Origin: Candidatus Eiseniibacteriota bacterium
GTDB lineage: Bacteria > Eisenbacteria > RBG-16-71-46
Assembly: GCA_963725865.1 (NCBI GenBank)
Contig: CAVSAC010000014.1
Location: forward strand, 1,344,001-1,408,000
Direction of reading: 5' to 3'
DNA: 64,000 nucleotides
The notes beneath the pieces are model-generated. The model did not search any database. It was not told the origin of the DNA and worked only from the letters and a program-made list of their open reading frames with translations. This document shows, in pieces, positions 31,433 through 41,389 of this stretch (positions are counted from its first letter, which is position 1; the number at the start of each line of letters is the position of its first letter). A program made the position numbers and the translations under genes.

Positions 31433-32851
31433 GTGTCGCGCCGATCTTCGCAACTGCTCGCAGCGCTGGCGGTCGCCGCGCTGCTCGTCCTCACCGCGTC
31501 CACACCCGTGCGTCACACCGGTCCGCCGCCGGCGCCCGCGGCGGTCCTGTTCGACAATTGCGGTGACGTCGTTCAGGCCGGCGGCCACGATTCGACCGTC
31601 ACGCTGAGCCGCCTCGTGGGGCTCACGCAGCCGGTCGTTCCCGCGTCGAACGTGCTCTCGTGCAGCCTCGGCGTGGCGCCGAGCGGCGGCGCCGCACAGC
31701 TCCTGCTGGTGGACTGGGATCCGCTCGCGGCGGCGCCCGAGTCCACCACGATCGCGCTGCGCGCGCGCACGTTCGCCCCGGGCGCGCTGCTGATCGGTCC
31801 CGCCCTCGTCGCCTGGAATCCGCCCGCGGTGGTGCGGTCGGTGCCGCACGTGGCGGAGCCGCCGCGCTCCACCGTGGCGCTCGACTACGTGAGCGCGAGC
31901 ACGGGGGTGATCCAGACCTGGCACTACGAGGGCGACGGCGCGGCGGCGGTGCCGATCGCGTACCGCTACAACGCTCCGTTCGGCCCGCGCGTGCCGCTCG
32001 CCGGGCCGCACCCGGTGCTGGCGCACGTGACGTGCGGCGGCGACAGCGCGTTGCAGGCGCTCGCCGTGATGCAGAGCGTGGTGGCGACCGGCGCCATCCA
32101 CGACTCCACCGAGGCGGAGCTGATCCAGCGCTTCCGCGTGCCGCAGGCGACGCGCGTGCGCTGGGTCGAGCTGGCATTCGGCGCGGTCGCCGCGCGCGTC
32201 CCGTTCGCGCCCGGCTCGATCGCCATCCTCGACGCGGCGGGCGAGGAGGCGCCGCCCGCGGTGCTCGGGGCGCCGCTGGGGGCGGCGAGCCTCAAGCCGA
32301 GCGGGCCCGAGATCCCGGTCTGGGACTCGCACTTCGGTCTCGACCTGAACATCACGCTGGAGCCCGGTCACGACTACTGGCTGTGGGTGGCGACGCGCCA
32401 CTGCTACGGACTGTACGCGCGCGTGCGGACCGGCAGTGAGGGCGCGGACTTCACGGACGCGATCGGAGCGTTCTACGTCCGCGAGGACTCCACGCTGGCC
32501 TGGGAGGCGGTGGCCGACCAGGCGCTGTGCTTCAAGCTGATCGGCGAGCCCACCGAGGTCGGCGGCGTGCCGCCGGGGGTGCCGCCCGCGAGCGGCTTCC
32601 GGCTGCGCGTCGCGCCCAATCCAGTGCGCGACGCGGCGTGGGTGCGCTGGAGCGGCGCGAGCGGGCCGGTGCGGCTGGAGGTGCTCGACGCCCGTGGGCG
32701 GCGCGTGGCCGCGGGCCGCGGCGCCGGCGACGCCTGGACGTGGCACATCGCGGATGCCGGCGGCCGCCCGCTGCCCGCCGGAGTATATTTCGTGCGCGCC
32801 CGAGACGGCTCGGGGCGCACCGCGTCTGAGCGCGTGGTCGTCGTGCGCTGA
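31433..32851 (+). CDS. Secreted protein, paralog 4 (most divergent) of uncharacterised family
   Basis: GTG start after GGAGG; DNC, SCSL, HVTCGGDS, QRFRVP, HDYWL, ALCFKLIGEPT; same CTD. Confidence 0.85.
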   Translation: MSRRSSQLLAALAVAALLVLTASTPVRHTGPPPAPAAVLFDNCGDVVQAGGHDSTVTLSRLVGLTQPVVPASNVLSCSLGVAPSGGAAQLLLVDWDPLAAAPESTTIALRARTFAPGALLIGPALVAWNPPAVVRSVPHVAEPPRSTVALDYVSASTGVIQTWHYEGDGAAAVPIAYRYNAPFGPRVPLAGPHPVLAHVTCGGDSALQALAVMQSVVATGAIHDSTEAELIQRFRVPQATRVRWVELAFGAVAARVPFAPGSIAILDAAGEEAPPAVLGAPLGAASLKPSGPEIPVWDSHFGLDLNITLEPGHDYWLWVATRHCYGLYARVRTGSEGADFTDAIGAFYVREDSTLAWEAVADQALCFKLIGEPTEVGGVPPGVPPASGFRLRVAPNPVRDAAWVRWSGASGPVRLEVLDARGRRVAAGRGAGDAWTWHIADAGGRPLPAGVYFVRARDGSGRTASERVVVVR

Positions 32852-32931
32852 CAGCGAACGGGCCCGGGCGAGCCGCCGCTCGGACGTCACGGCCCGACGA
32901 GGGTGAGGCCGCCGGAAGAGGGAGAAGCGCG

Positions 32932-33789
32932 ATGCGCTGGCAGAACGAGCGACGCAGCGACAACGTCGAGGACCGCCGGGGCCTGCCGGCCGGGCGGCTG
33001 GCGCTCGGCGGCGGCGGAGCCGTGGTCGTGCTGATCCTCGCGCTGGTGTTCGGGGTGGACCCGCGCACGCTGCTCCAGCAGGTGCAGGAGGGCATGCCCG
33101 CCCAGACGCAGATGAGCACCGAGGCCCCCCCGACCGGCGCGGCGCAGGACGAGCTCGGTCAGTTCGTCTCGGTGGTGCTGGCCGAGACCGAGGACGTGTG
33201 GCACGAGCAGTTCCGCCGGCTCGGCCGCGAGTACCGCGAGCCCACGCTGGTGCTGTTCACCGACGAGGTGCAGTCGGCGTGCGGCAACGCGAGCGCGACG
33301 GTGGGCCCGTTCTACTGCGCGGAGGACGAGAAGGTCTACATCGACCTGGGCTTCTACGACCTGCTGCGGCAGCGCTTCCACGCGCCGGGGGACTTCGCGC
33401 AGGCCTACGTGATCGCGCACGAGATCGGACACCACGTCCAGAACCAGCTCGGCATCACCGACCGGGTGCATCGGCTGCGCGGCCGGGTGAGCGAGGCGGA
33501 GTACAACGACGCCTCGGTGCGGCTCGAGCTGCAGGCGGACTTCTACGCCGGCGTGTGGGCGCACGACACCCAGCGCATGAAGCAGGTGATCGAGGCGGGC
33601 GACATCGACGAGGCGCTGGCTGCCGCCACCGCGATCGGCGACGACCGCCTGCAGATGGAATCGCAGGGCTACGTGGTGCCGGACTCGTTCACGCACGGGA
33701 CGTCGGAGCAGCGCGCCCGCTGGTTCCGGCGCGGCTACGAGACCGGGGACATCCGCCAGGGGGACACGTTCAGCGCCGACCCGCTGTGA
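32932..33789 (+). CDS. ypfJ: Neutral zinc metallopeptidase (YpfJ family)
   Basis: RRSDNVEDRRG, GPFYC, AHEIGHHVQ, ELQADFYAG and THGTSEQR motifs. Confidence 0.88.
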   Translation: MRWQNERRSDNVEDRRGLPAGRLALGGGGAVVVLILALVFGVDPRTLLQQVQEGMPAQTQMSTEAPPTGAAQDELGQFVSVVLAETEDVWHEQFRRLGREYREPTLVLFTDEVQSACGNASATVGPFYCAEDEKVYIDLGFYDLLRQRFHAPGDFAQAYVIAHEIGHHVQNQLGITDRVHRLRGRVSEAEYNDASVRLELQADFYAGVWAHDTQRMKQVIEAGDIDEALAAATAIGDDRLQMESQGYVVPDSFTHGTSEQRARWFRRGYETGDIRQGDTFSADPL

Positions 33790-33929
33790 CCCCGGGCTCC
33801 GCCACCACGCGCCGTCGCGCGGGGGCGCGCGCGTCAGGAACGCAGGCCGCTCGGACAGCCACGCGCGCGTCGGGTAGACTGCCCGCCGGCCTCGTCGTCG
33901 TGACCTCGTCCATCCGCAGGAGATCCGCC

Positions 33930-36816
33930 ATGTCCCCGCTCGTCCGCCGTGCGTTCCCGTGGATCGCCGCCCTGCTGCCGCTCGCGATCGTGGGTGCCAC
34001 CGCGGCCGCCGACGCGCCGGCGGCACCGTCCGCGCCGGCGCTGACCGACACGCTGCGCCTCGATCCGCGGGTACGCACCGGCGTGCTCCCGAACGGACTG
34101 CGCTACGTACATCCGCGCGAACCACAAGCCGGCGGCGCGCGTGGCACTGCGGCTGGCCGTGGACGCGGGCTCGAACCTCGAGGCCGACGACCAGCGCGGG
34201 CTCGCGCACTTCGCCGAGCACATGAACTTCAACGGCTCCGCGCACTTCAGGCCCGAGGAGCTGGTCGCCTACCTGCAGTCGGTCGGACTGCGCTTCGGCG
34301 CCGACGCCAACGCCAGCACCTCGTTCGACGAGACGGTCTACCTGCTGGAGGTGCCGACCGACCGCGACACGCTGCTCGATCGCGGGCTCACGGCGCTCGC
34401 GGACTTCGCGGGCGGGGCGACGCTCACCGACGCGGAGATCGAGAAGGAACGCGGGGTGGTGCTCGAGGAATGGCGGCTCGGGCGCGGCGCCGGCGAGCGC
34501 ATCGCGCGCCGGCACCTTCCGGTGCTCTACCGCGGCTCGCGCTACGCGGAGCGCCTGCCGATCGGATTGCCGGAGGTGATCGAGAAGGGCCCGGCCGCGC
34601 GGCTGCGCGACTTCTACCGCGACTGGTACACGCCCGACCGGATGGCGGTGATCGCGGTCGGCGACATCGACCCGGCCCGCATGGACAGCCTGATCCACGT
34701 GCACTTCGGCGGGCTCGCGCGCCCGCCGGCGCCACGCGCCACGCCGCGATTCGACGTCCCGCCCCAGGCCGGCACACTGATCTCGATCGCCACCGATCCG
34801 GAGGCGACCGGCTCGCGGATCGCGCTCGTGTACAAGGGCCCGCGCGAGCCCGAGGTCACCGCGGGCGACTACCGCCGCGACATGGTGGTCCAGCTCTATT
34901 CCACCATGCTGAACTTGCGCTTCTCGGACATCGCGCGCCGTGCGGATCCGCCGTTCCTGGGGGCGTACGGCAATCGCAGCCCGATCGCGCGGACCGCCGA
35001 GGCGTGGCAGCTGGGCGCGAGCGTCAAGGATGGCGGCATCGAGACCGGGCTCGCCGCGCTGCTCGAGGAGGCGGCGCGCGTGCGCCGCCACGGCTTCCTC
35101 GCCAGCGAGCTGGAGCGCGCCAAGGAGCGCCTGCGCGTCGGGATCGAGCGGGCGTACGCCGAGCGCGACAAGTCCGAGAGCGACTCCTTCGCCGACGAGT
35201 ACGTGGCGAACGCGCTCAGCGGCGAGCCTGCGCCCGGCATCGAGACCGAGTACGCGCTCAGTCGCTCGCTGCTGGCCGGGATCACGCTCGAGGAGGTGAA
35301 CGCGCTCACCCCGGCGCTGATGCGCGACGACGGGCGCGTGGTGCTGGTCTCGGCGCCCGCCCGGGCGGGCGTCGCGGTGCCGACCGAGGCCGCGCTGCGC
35401 GCGACCCTCGAGCGCGCGGACTCGCTGGCGCCCGCGGCGTGGGTCGATTCGACGGCGAAGACGCCGCTCATGACGGTGCGTCCCAGACCGGGGACGGTGA
35501 AGGCGCGGCTGAAGGTCGCCGAGATCGGCGCCACCGTGCTGACGCTCTCGAACGGAGTCAAGGTGTGGCTCAAGCCGACCGATTTCAAGGCGGACGAGAT
35601 CCTGTTCAGCGCGTTCGCGCCCGGCGGGCTGTCGGTCGCGGACTCCGCCGACTTCACGACCGCGTGGATGATCTCCGGGGTGCTGCGCGAAGCTGGCCTG
35701 GGCGGGAAGCGCGCGACCGAGCTCCAGAAGCTGCTCGCCGGGCGCGTCGCGGGTGCGGGCGCGTCGTACGGCCTCTACTCGCAGTCCGTCGGCGGCAGCG
35801 CGCGGCCGGCCGACCTCGAGACCGCCCTGCAACTGGTGTACCTGATCTTCACCGCTCCCACGCGCGATCCCGACGCGTTCGCCGCGCTCCAGCAGCGCTA
35901 TCGCGCCTTCGTCGCCGATCGCGCGAACAATCCGGAGCAGGTGTTCGGCGACACCCTCAACGCGGTGAACAGCGGCGGCTTCTACATGACGCGCACGCCG
36001 ACCGCGGAGGAGGTCGAGGCGGTCGATCTCGATCGCGTCCTGGCGTTCCATCGCGCGCGGTTCGCGAACGCGGCCGACTTCACGTTCGCCTTCGCCGGGA
36101 ACTTCGACGTGGACTCCATCGCACCGCTGCTCGCCCGCTACCTCGGCGCGCTGCCGTCGCAGGGCCGCCGCACGTCGACGTTCCCCGCCCGCGGCCCGCG
36201 CTTCCCGGCGGGCACGCCGGTTGTCCAGGTGCGCAAGGGCATCGAGCCGAAGAGCAGCACCCGGATCACGTTCTTCACCACCGGTGAGCCGCTCGAGGAG
36301 CTCGATCTGCACCGCGCGCGCGCCTGCGCGTCGATCCTCACCGACCACCTGCGACAGTCCCTGCGGGAGCGGCTCAGCGGCACCTACGGCGCTTCGGCGT
36401 CGTTCTCGACGCTCGCGCCGCTGCCGGGCTTCGCGACGATGAGCGTGGCGTTCGGCTGCGATCCCGAGCGCGTGGACTCGCTGGTCGCGACCACGCTCGC
36501 CGAGATCCGCGCGCTGCGCGAGAACGGTCCGTCCGCCGCCGACGTGCAGAAGGACCAGGAGATCGAGCGCCGCGAGCTCGAGGTCTCGCTGCAGCAGAAT
36601 TCGTTCTGGACCGGGGCGATCCTGACGGCGCTCCAGCTCGGCATCGATCCGCGGCGCATCGCGCATCGCCGCGAGCGGATCGAGGCGCTCACGCCCGAGG
36701 CGCTGCACGCGACCTATCGCAAGTACTTCCCGCTCGACCGCTATTCGGTCGTCACGCTGCTGCCCCAGGCCGCCGATGCGGCGACGGGGTCAGGAGTCGC
36801 GCCGAAGTCGCACTAG
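33930..36816 (+). CDS. M16 family zinc protease (PqqL-like), one apparent +1 indel near 34107
   Basis: Signal peptide, GVLPNGLRY, GLAHFAEHMNFNG (inverted HxxEH), NASTSFDET; second-half TLSNGVKV. Confidence 0.9.
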
Positions 36817-36941
36817 GATCCCGGCGCGCGGCACTGCGCGAGCGACGGCGTCCGACCTTCAGTTCCCGGTCGCGCGGCCGATAACCTCCCTCGGGGACGT
36901 GTCTGGTGGTCCCGGCATGCCACGAGGGAGCGTGGCCGCGC

Positions 36942-38051
36942 ATGCCCATCGCGAAGATCAGGAAGATCGCAATCAGCACCGGGGGCGGCGACGCCCCCGG
37001 GCTGAACGCCGTGATTCGCGCGGTGGTGCTGGCCTCGATCCAGCGCGGCTGGGAGTGCCACGGCATCCGCGAGGGCTACAACGGACTGCTGGCGCCCGAG
37101 CAGTTTCCCCAGGGCGGCGTCATCCACCTCACGAGCGAGTCGGTGTCGGGCATCACCCACCTGGGCGGCACCATCCTCGGCACCACCAACCGCGGCAACC
37201 CGCTTCGGTTCCCGATCCAGCAACCGGACGGCTCGTTCATCGAGGTGGACCGCGGCGACGAGCTGGTCGAGCGCTTCGCGCAGGCCGGCATCGACGCGCT
37301 GGTCACGGTCGGCGGCGACGGCTCGCTCTCGATCGGCTACGCGCTCGCCCAGAAGGGCCTGCGCGTGGTGGGCGTGCCCAAGACCATCGACAACGACCTC
37401 GACAAGACGCTCATGACGTTCGGCTTCGACACCGCGGTGTCGTTCGCGACCGAATGCCTCGACCGGCTGCACACCACCGCGAGCTCGCACCGCCGCATCA
37501 TGGTGGTCGAGGTGATGGGCCGCTACGCCGGCTGGATCGCGCTGCATGCCGGCATCGCCGGCAACGCCGACGTCATCCTGATCCCCGAGATCCCGTACCA
37601 CATCGAGAAGGTCGCCGAGGTCATCCGCGGCCGCGAGCGCAACGGCCGCGGCTACACCGTGGTCGTGGTCGCGGAAGGTGCGCGCCCGGTCGGCGGCGAC
37701 GTGTCGGTGCTCGGCAAGGAGGTCGGGCGGGCCGAGAAGCTCGGCGGGGTCGGCGAGAAAGTCGCGCACCAGCTGCAGGAGCTGACCGGCAAGGAGTCGC
37801 GCACCGTGGTGCTCGGCCATCTGCTGCGGGGCGGCTCGCCCACCAGCTTCGACCGACTGGTCGCGCTGCGCTTCGGCGCCGCCGCGGTGCGGGCGCTCGA
37901 CGAGGGCCAGTCCGCGGTGATGGTCTCGCTCGCTCCGCCCACCGTGCGCTACGAGCCGCTGAAGGCCGCGGTGCGGCGCATGAAGACGGTGGCGCTCGAC
38001 AGCGACACGGTCGAGACCGCGCGCGACATCGGCATCAGCTTCGGCGACTGA
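36942..38051 (+). CDS. pfkA: 6-phosphofructokinase (group III type; GGDG suggests ATP use)
   Basis: TGGGDAPGLNAVI, GGTILGT, GGDGS, PKTIDND and EVMGR motifs. Confidence 0.92.
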   Translation: MPIAKIRKIAISTGGGDAPGLNAVIRAVVLASIQRGWECHGIREGYNGLLAPEQFPQGGVIHLTSESVSGITHLGGTILGTTNRGNPLRFPIQQPDGSFIEVDRGDELVERFAQAGIDALVTVGGDGSLSIGYALAQKGLRVVGVPKTIDNDLDKTLMTFGFDTAVSFATECLDRLHTTASSHRRIMVVEVMGRYAGWIALHAGIAGNADVILIPEIPYHIEKVAEVIRGRERNGRGYTVVVVAEGARPVGGDVSVLGKEVGRAEKLGGVGEKVAHQLQELTGKESRTVVLGHLLRGGSPTSFDRLVALRFGAAAVRALDEGQSAVMVSLAPPTVRYEPLKAAVRRMKTVALDSDTVETARDIGISFGD

Positions 38052-38214
38052 CCGCCCGCGCGCGGTCGTTCCGCGGGCCCGCGCGGTGTACGCCGCCCTT
38101 GCCGGTGCCCGCGCACGGGTCCATCATCCCCGCGACTTTCCGCCTCACACGCATCGCCGGATCGCCCGTGCGCGGGATCCGCCGGGAGCGATGCCCGTCG
38201 CAGGAGTGGTTGCC

Positions 38215-38973
38215 ATGCGCTGCGCGTCGCTGCGATTCGTCCTGCTCGTGCTGCCGCTGCTGGCCGGTCCGCCGCCGGCCCGCGCGGCGGACGCGCCGCC
38301 ACCGTGGTGGGTGTGCGGGGCACTCGGTCTCACCGACATGACGCCCTCCGGACTGCGCGGCTGGTCGGCCAGCGAACGGCGTCACGTCGAGGCGGTGCTC
38401 GCCACCGCGGGCTGGCGGGACGACCTGTCGCCCGGGACCACGCCGCGCATCGAGCTCGGTGCGCGCGCCGGCCCCCGCTGGACGGTGGCGATGTCGGCCG
38501 AGGGCAGCGGCAGCGACGTCGAGCACCTGGCGCTGGGCGGGACGGCGCCGTGGCTCGGATGGGACACCATCCTGAAGACCACGTTCACCGGGTACGCCGT
38601 GCACGCCGCCTACTGGCCGCGCGCGGTGCCGGGCGGTTACGGGGGCGTCAGCGTCGGGCACGGAACGGCGAGGGTCACGATCCACGGCGGCGGGCGGCTC
38701 GATCCCTCCGACGCCAACGCGAGCGAGGCGGTCGAGGCCCGCTGGCGCGGTTCGGTCTGGACCTGGAGCGCGTACGTGGGCTGGCAGCCGGCCTACGCCG
38801 AGAATCCGCGCTTCGACCTGCGGCTCGGCTGGCACCAGCGTGACGCCGGTGATTCGGCGGACGGCAGCTCGCGCAGCGCCACGCTCCGCGACTTCGAGGG
38901 CGCGGTCGTGCCGCTCGATTTCAGCGGACCGTTCGTGAGCCTGGGCTTCGTGTACGCGGGAGCGTCGCGATGA
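38215..38973 (+). CDS. Putative outer-membrane beta-barrel protein
   Basis: Signal peptide; amphipathic beta pattern; C-terminal LDFSGPFVSLGFVY. Confidence 0.6.
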   Translation: MRCASLRFVLLVLPLLAGPPPARAADAPPPWWVCGALGLTDMTPSGLRGWSASERRHVEAVLATAGWRDDLSPGTTPRIELGARAGPRWTVAMSAEGSGSDVEHLALGGTAPWLGWDTILKTTFTGYAVHAAYWPRAVPGGYGGVSVGHGTARVTIHGGGRLDPSDANASEAVEARWRGSVWTWSAYVGWQPAYAENPRFDLRLGWHQRDAGDSADGSSRSATLRDFEGAVVPLDFSGPFVSLGFVYAGASR

Positions 38974-39464
38974 GCGCGCGCCGGCTGGGAGCGATCGCCG
39001 CCGGCGCCGCGCTCGCGCTCGCAGCCGCCTCGCCCGCCGCCGCGAGCCTGCGGCTGGAGGCCGGCGTGGTGGTGATGCGCGAGGACCGCCCGGCCGATCG
39101 CGAGCTGATCGGTCCGACGCTGACGTTCGTGACACCGTCCGACAACTGGCTCGCGTTCGAGGCGCGGCTCGAGATGGCGCGTCAGCAGCGCGACGACATC
39201 GCGGGCGCCACCGTCGGGATGCGGGTCGGGCCCACGCGGGGGCGGCTGAGACCGTTCGCCGACGTCATGGTGGGCCTGGCGGTCGGCCGTCTGGACTTCG
39301 CCGGCTCGCTCTCCGCCTACGGTGTGGGGGCGGACCTCGACCTGACGCGCCGGGTCGGGATGTTCGTGCACGCGAGCAGCCTGAACAGCGCGAACTTCGA
39401 GTACGATGGCCACCTCGCCCAATACCGGGTCGGGATCATGCTGCAACGGCCGCCACACCACTGA
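38970..39464 (+). CDS. Putative small outer-membrane beta-barrel protein
   Basis: ATGA overlap; signal peptide; LRPFA, YGVGAD and YRVGI strands. Confidence 0.6.
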   Translation: MSARRLGAIAAGAALALAAASPAAASLRLEAGVVVMREDRPADRELIGPTLTFVTPSDNWLAFEARLEMARQQRDDIAGATVGMRVGPTRGRLRPFADVMVGLAVGRLDFAGSLSAYGVGADLDLTRRVGMFVHASSLNSANFEYDGHLAQYRVGIMLQRPPHH

Positions 39465-39490
39465 CGGCGCCCGTGAACGAGGAGGCCCGC

Positions 39491-39835
39491 GTGTCCGACT
39501 GCATCTTCTGCCGCATCGCCTCGGGGAGCATCCCCAGCACCAAGGTCGCCGACAGCGAGCACGTGCTCGCGTTCCGCGACCTGAATCCGCAGGCGCCCAC
39601 GCACGTGCTGCTGATCCCCAAGACGCACGTGGCCGACTCCGCCGCCGGATTGGGCCCGGCGCAGGCCGCGCTGCTGGGCGAGTTGTTCGCGCTCGCGGCG
39701 CAGGTGGCGCGCGAGGAGCAGCTCGAGCGCGGCTGGCGCCTGGTCACCAACGTCGGCGATCACGCGGGCCAGTCGGTCCCGCACCTGCACTTCCACCTGC
39801 TCGGCGGCCGCCCGATGCAGTGGCCGCCGGGCTGA
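39491..39835 (+). CDS. HIT family nucleotide-binding protein (HinT-like)
   Basis: DCIFCRI, AFRDLNPQAPTH, GQSVPHLHFHLLGGR; ends WPPG. Confidence 0.93.
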   Translation: MSDCIFCRIASGSIPSTKVADSEHVLAFRDLNPQAPTHVLLIPKTHVADSAAGLGPAQAALLGELFALAAQVAREEQLERGWRLVTNVGDHAGQSVPHLHFHLLGGRPMQWPPG

Positions 39836-39979
39836 GCGGCGCGGCGCGGACCACGGGCCGCAGGCGATCGCGCGGCGGCATGCGGGCTGGCTCCCGTGGC
39901 GGTTCGGCGCTGGACCGCGTCGCCCGCGGACGCTAACCTCGCGCGCTCCGGCCGAACTTCCATCCCCGAGGACTCCCGC

Positions 39980-41344
39980 ATGTCACGCGAACTCCTGTCC
40001 GATGCGGCCGCCCGCGCCACCCGCTACTTGGACGGCCTCGCCACCCGCTCCGTGCGCCCGGATCCCGCCGCCGTCGCCGGCCTGCGGGCCTGGGACACGC
40101 CGATGCCCGACGAGCCCGCCGACCCGCGCGAAGTGCTGCGCCTGCTCGACGAGGTGGGCTCGCCGGCCACCATGGCGATGGCGGGTCCGCGCTTCTTCGG
40201 ATTCGTGATCGGCAGCGCGCTGCCCGCCACGGTGGCGGCGAACTGGCTCGCCACCGCGTGGGACCAGAACACCGGGCTGCACGCCGTCACCCCGGCGACC
40301 GCCGAGCTGGAGCGCATCGCGCTGCGCTGGCTGCTCGACGTGCTCGGCCTGCCGTCCGACTGCGGCGGCGCGTTCGTGACCGGCGCCACGGTCGCCAACC
40401 TCACCGCGCTCGCGACCGCGCGCCACGCGGTGCTCGAGCGCGCGGGCTGGGACGTCGAGGCCGACGGGCTGTTCGGCGCGCCGCCCATCACGGTGGTGGT
40501 CGGCGACGAGGTGCACCCGACGCTGACCAAGTCGCTCGGCGTGCTGGGGCTCGGACGCTCGCGCGTGGTGCGGGTGCCGGTCGACGGACAGGGGCGCATG
40601 CGCGCCGACGCGTTCCCGCGTCTCGCGGGCCCCGCGATCGTGTGCCTGCAGGCCGGCAACGTGAACACCGGCGCCTTCGATCCGATGGCCGAGCTGATCC
40701 CGCGCGCACACGAGGCGGGCGCATGGGTCCACGTGGACGGCGCGTTCGGGCTGTGGGCGGCCGTGGTGCCGGGGCGCCGCGCGCTGCTCGCGGGGGTCGC
40801 CGAGGCCGACTCGTGGGCGACCGACGCGCACAAGTGGCTCAACGTGCCGTACGACTGCGGGCTCGCGTTCGTGCGCGACGCCAAGGCGCTCGGCGCGGCG
40901 ATGAGCGTGCGGGCCTCCTACCTGCCGACCGGCGCGCCGCGCGATCCGGCCGAGTACACGCCCGAGCTGTCGCGGCGCGCGCGCGGGGTCGAGGTGTGGA
41001 CCGCGCTGCGCACGCTCGGCCGCCGCGGCCTGACCGAGATGATCGATCGCAACTGCCGCCAGGCCTCGCGCTTCGCGCAGGGCCTGCGTGCGGCCGGCTT
41101 CGAGGTGCTGAACGACGTCGTGCTCAACCAGGTGCTGGTCTCCTTCGGCGAGCCCGACGCCACCGAGCGCGTGGTCGAGGCGATCCAGGCGGACGGGACC
41201 TGTTGGTGCGGGCGCACCGAGTGGCAGGGGCGCACGGCCATGCGCATCAGCGTGTGCTCGTGGGCCACCACCGATGCGGACGTCGAGCGGAGCCTCGCCG
41301 TGATGCTGAAGGCCGCGGAGCAGGTGGGCGCACGCGTCCGCTGA
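39980..41344 (+). CDS. Group II PLP-dependent amino-acid decarboxylase
   Basis: PRFFGFV, FVTGATVAN, HVDGAFG and TDAHKWLNVPYDCG motifs. Confidence 0.9.
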   Translation: MSRELLSDAAARATRYLDGLATRSVRPDPAAVAGLRAWDTPMPDEPADPREVLRLLDEVGSPATMAMAGPRFFGFVIGSALPATVAANWLATAWDQNTGLHAVTPATAELERIALRWLLDVLGLPSDCGGAFVTGATVANLTALATARHAVLERAGWDVEADGLFGAPPITVVVGDEVHPTLTKSLGVLGLGRSRVVRVPVDGQGRMRADAFPRLAGPAIVCLQAGNVNTGAFDPMAELIPRAHEAGAWVHVDGAFGLWAAVVPGRRALLAGVAEADSWATDAHKWLNVPYDCGLAFVRDAKALGAAMSVRASYLPTGAPRDPAEYTPELSRRARGVEVWTALRTLGRRGLTEMIDRNCRQASRFAQGLRAAGFEVLNDVVLNQVLVSFGEPDATERVVEAIQADGTCWCGRTEWQGRTAMRISVCSWATTDADVERSLAVMLKAAEQVGARVR

Positions 41345-41389
41345 GCGCCGGCGGGCGCGCTCGCGCCGTCGGCTCGCGCGGTCGCCGTC

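Noticed and set aside
21651..32851. Diversity-generating retroelement or shufflon behind the paralog array
   Set aside because: No reverse transcriptase, recombinase, inverted cassettes or adenine-specific TR/VR pair is seen; all copies are full co-oriented genes.
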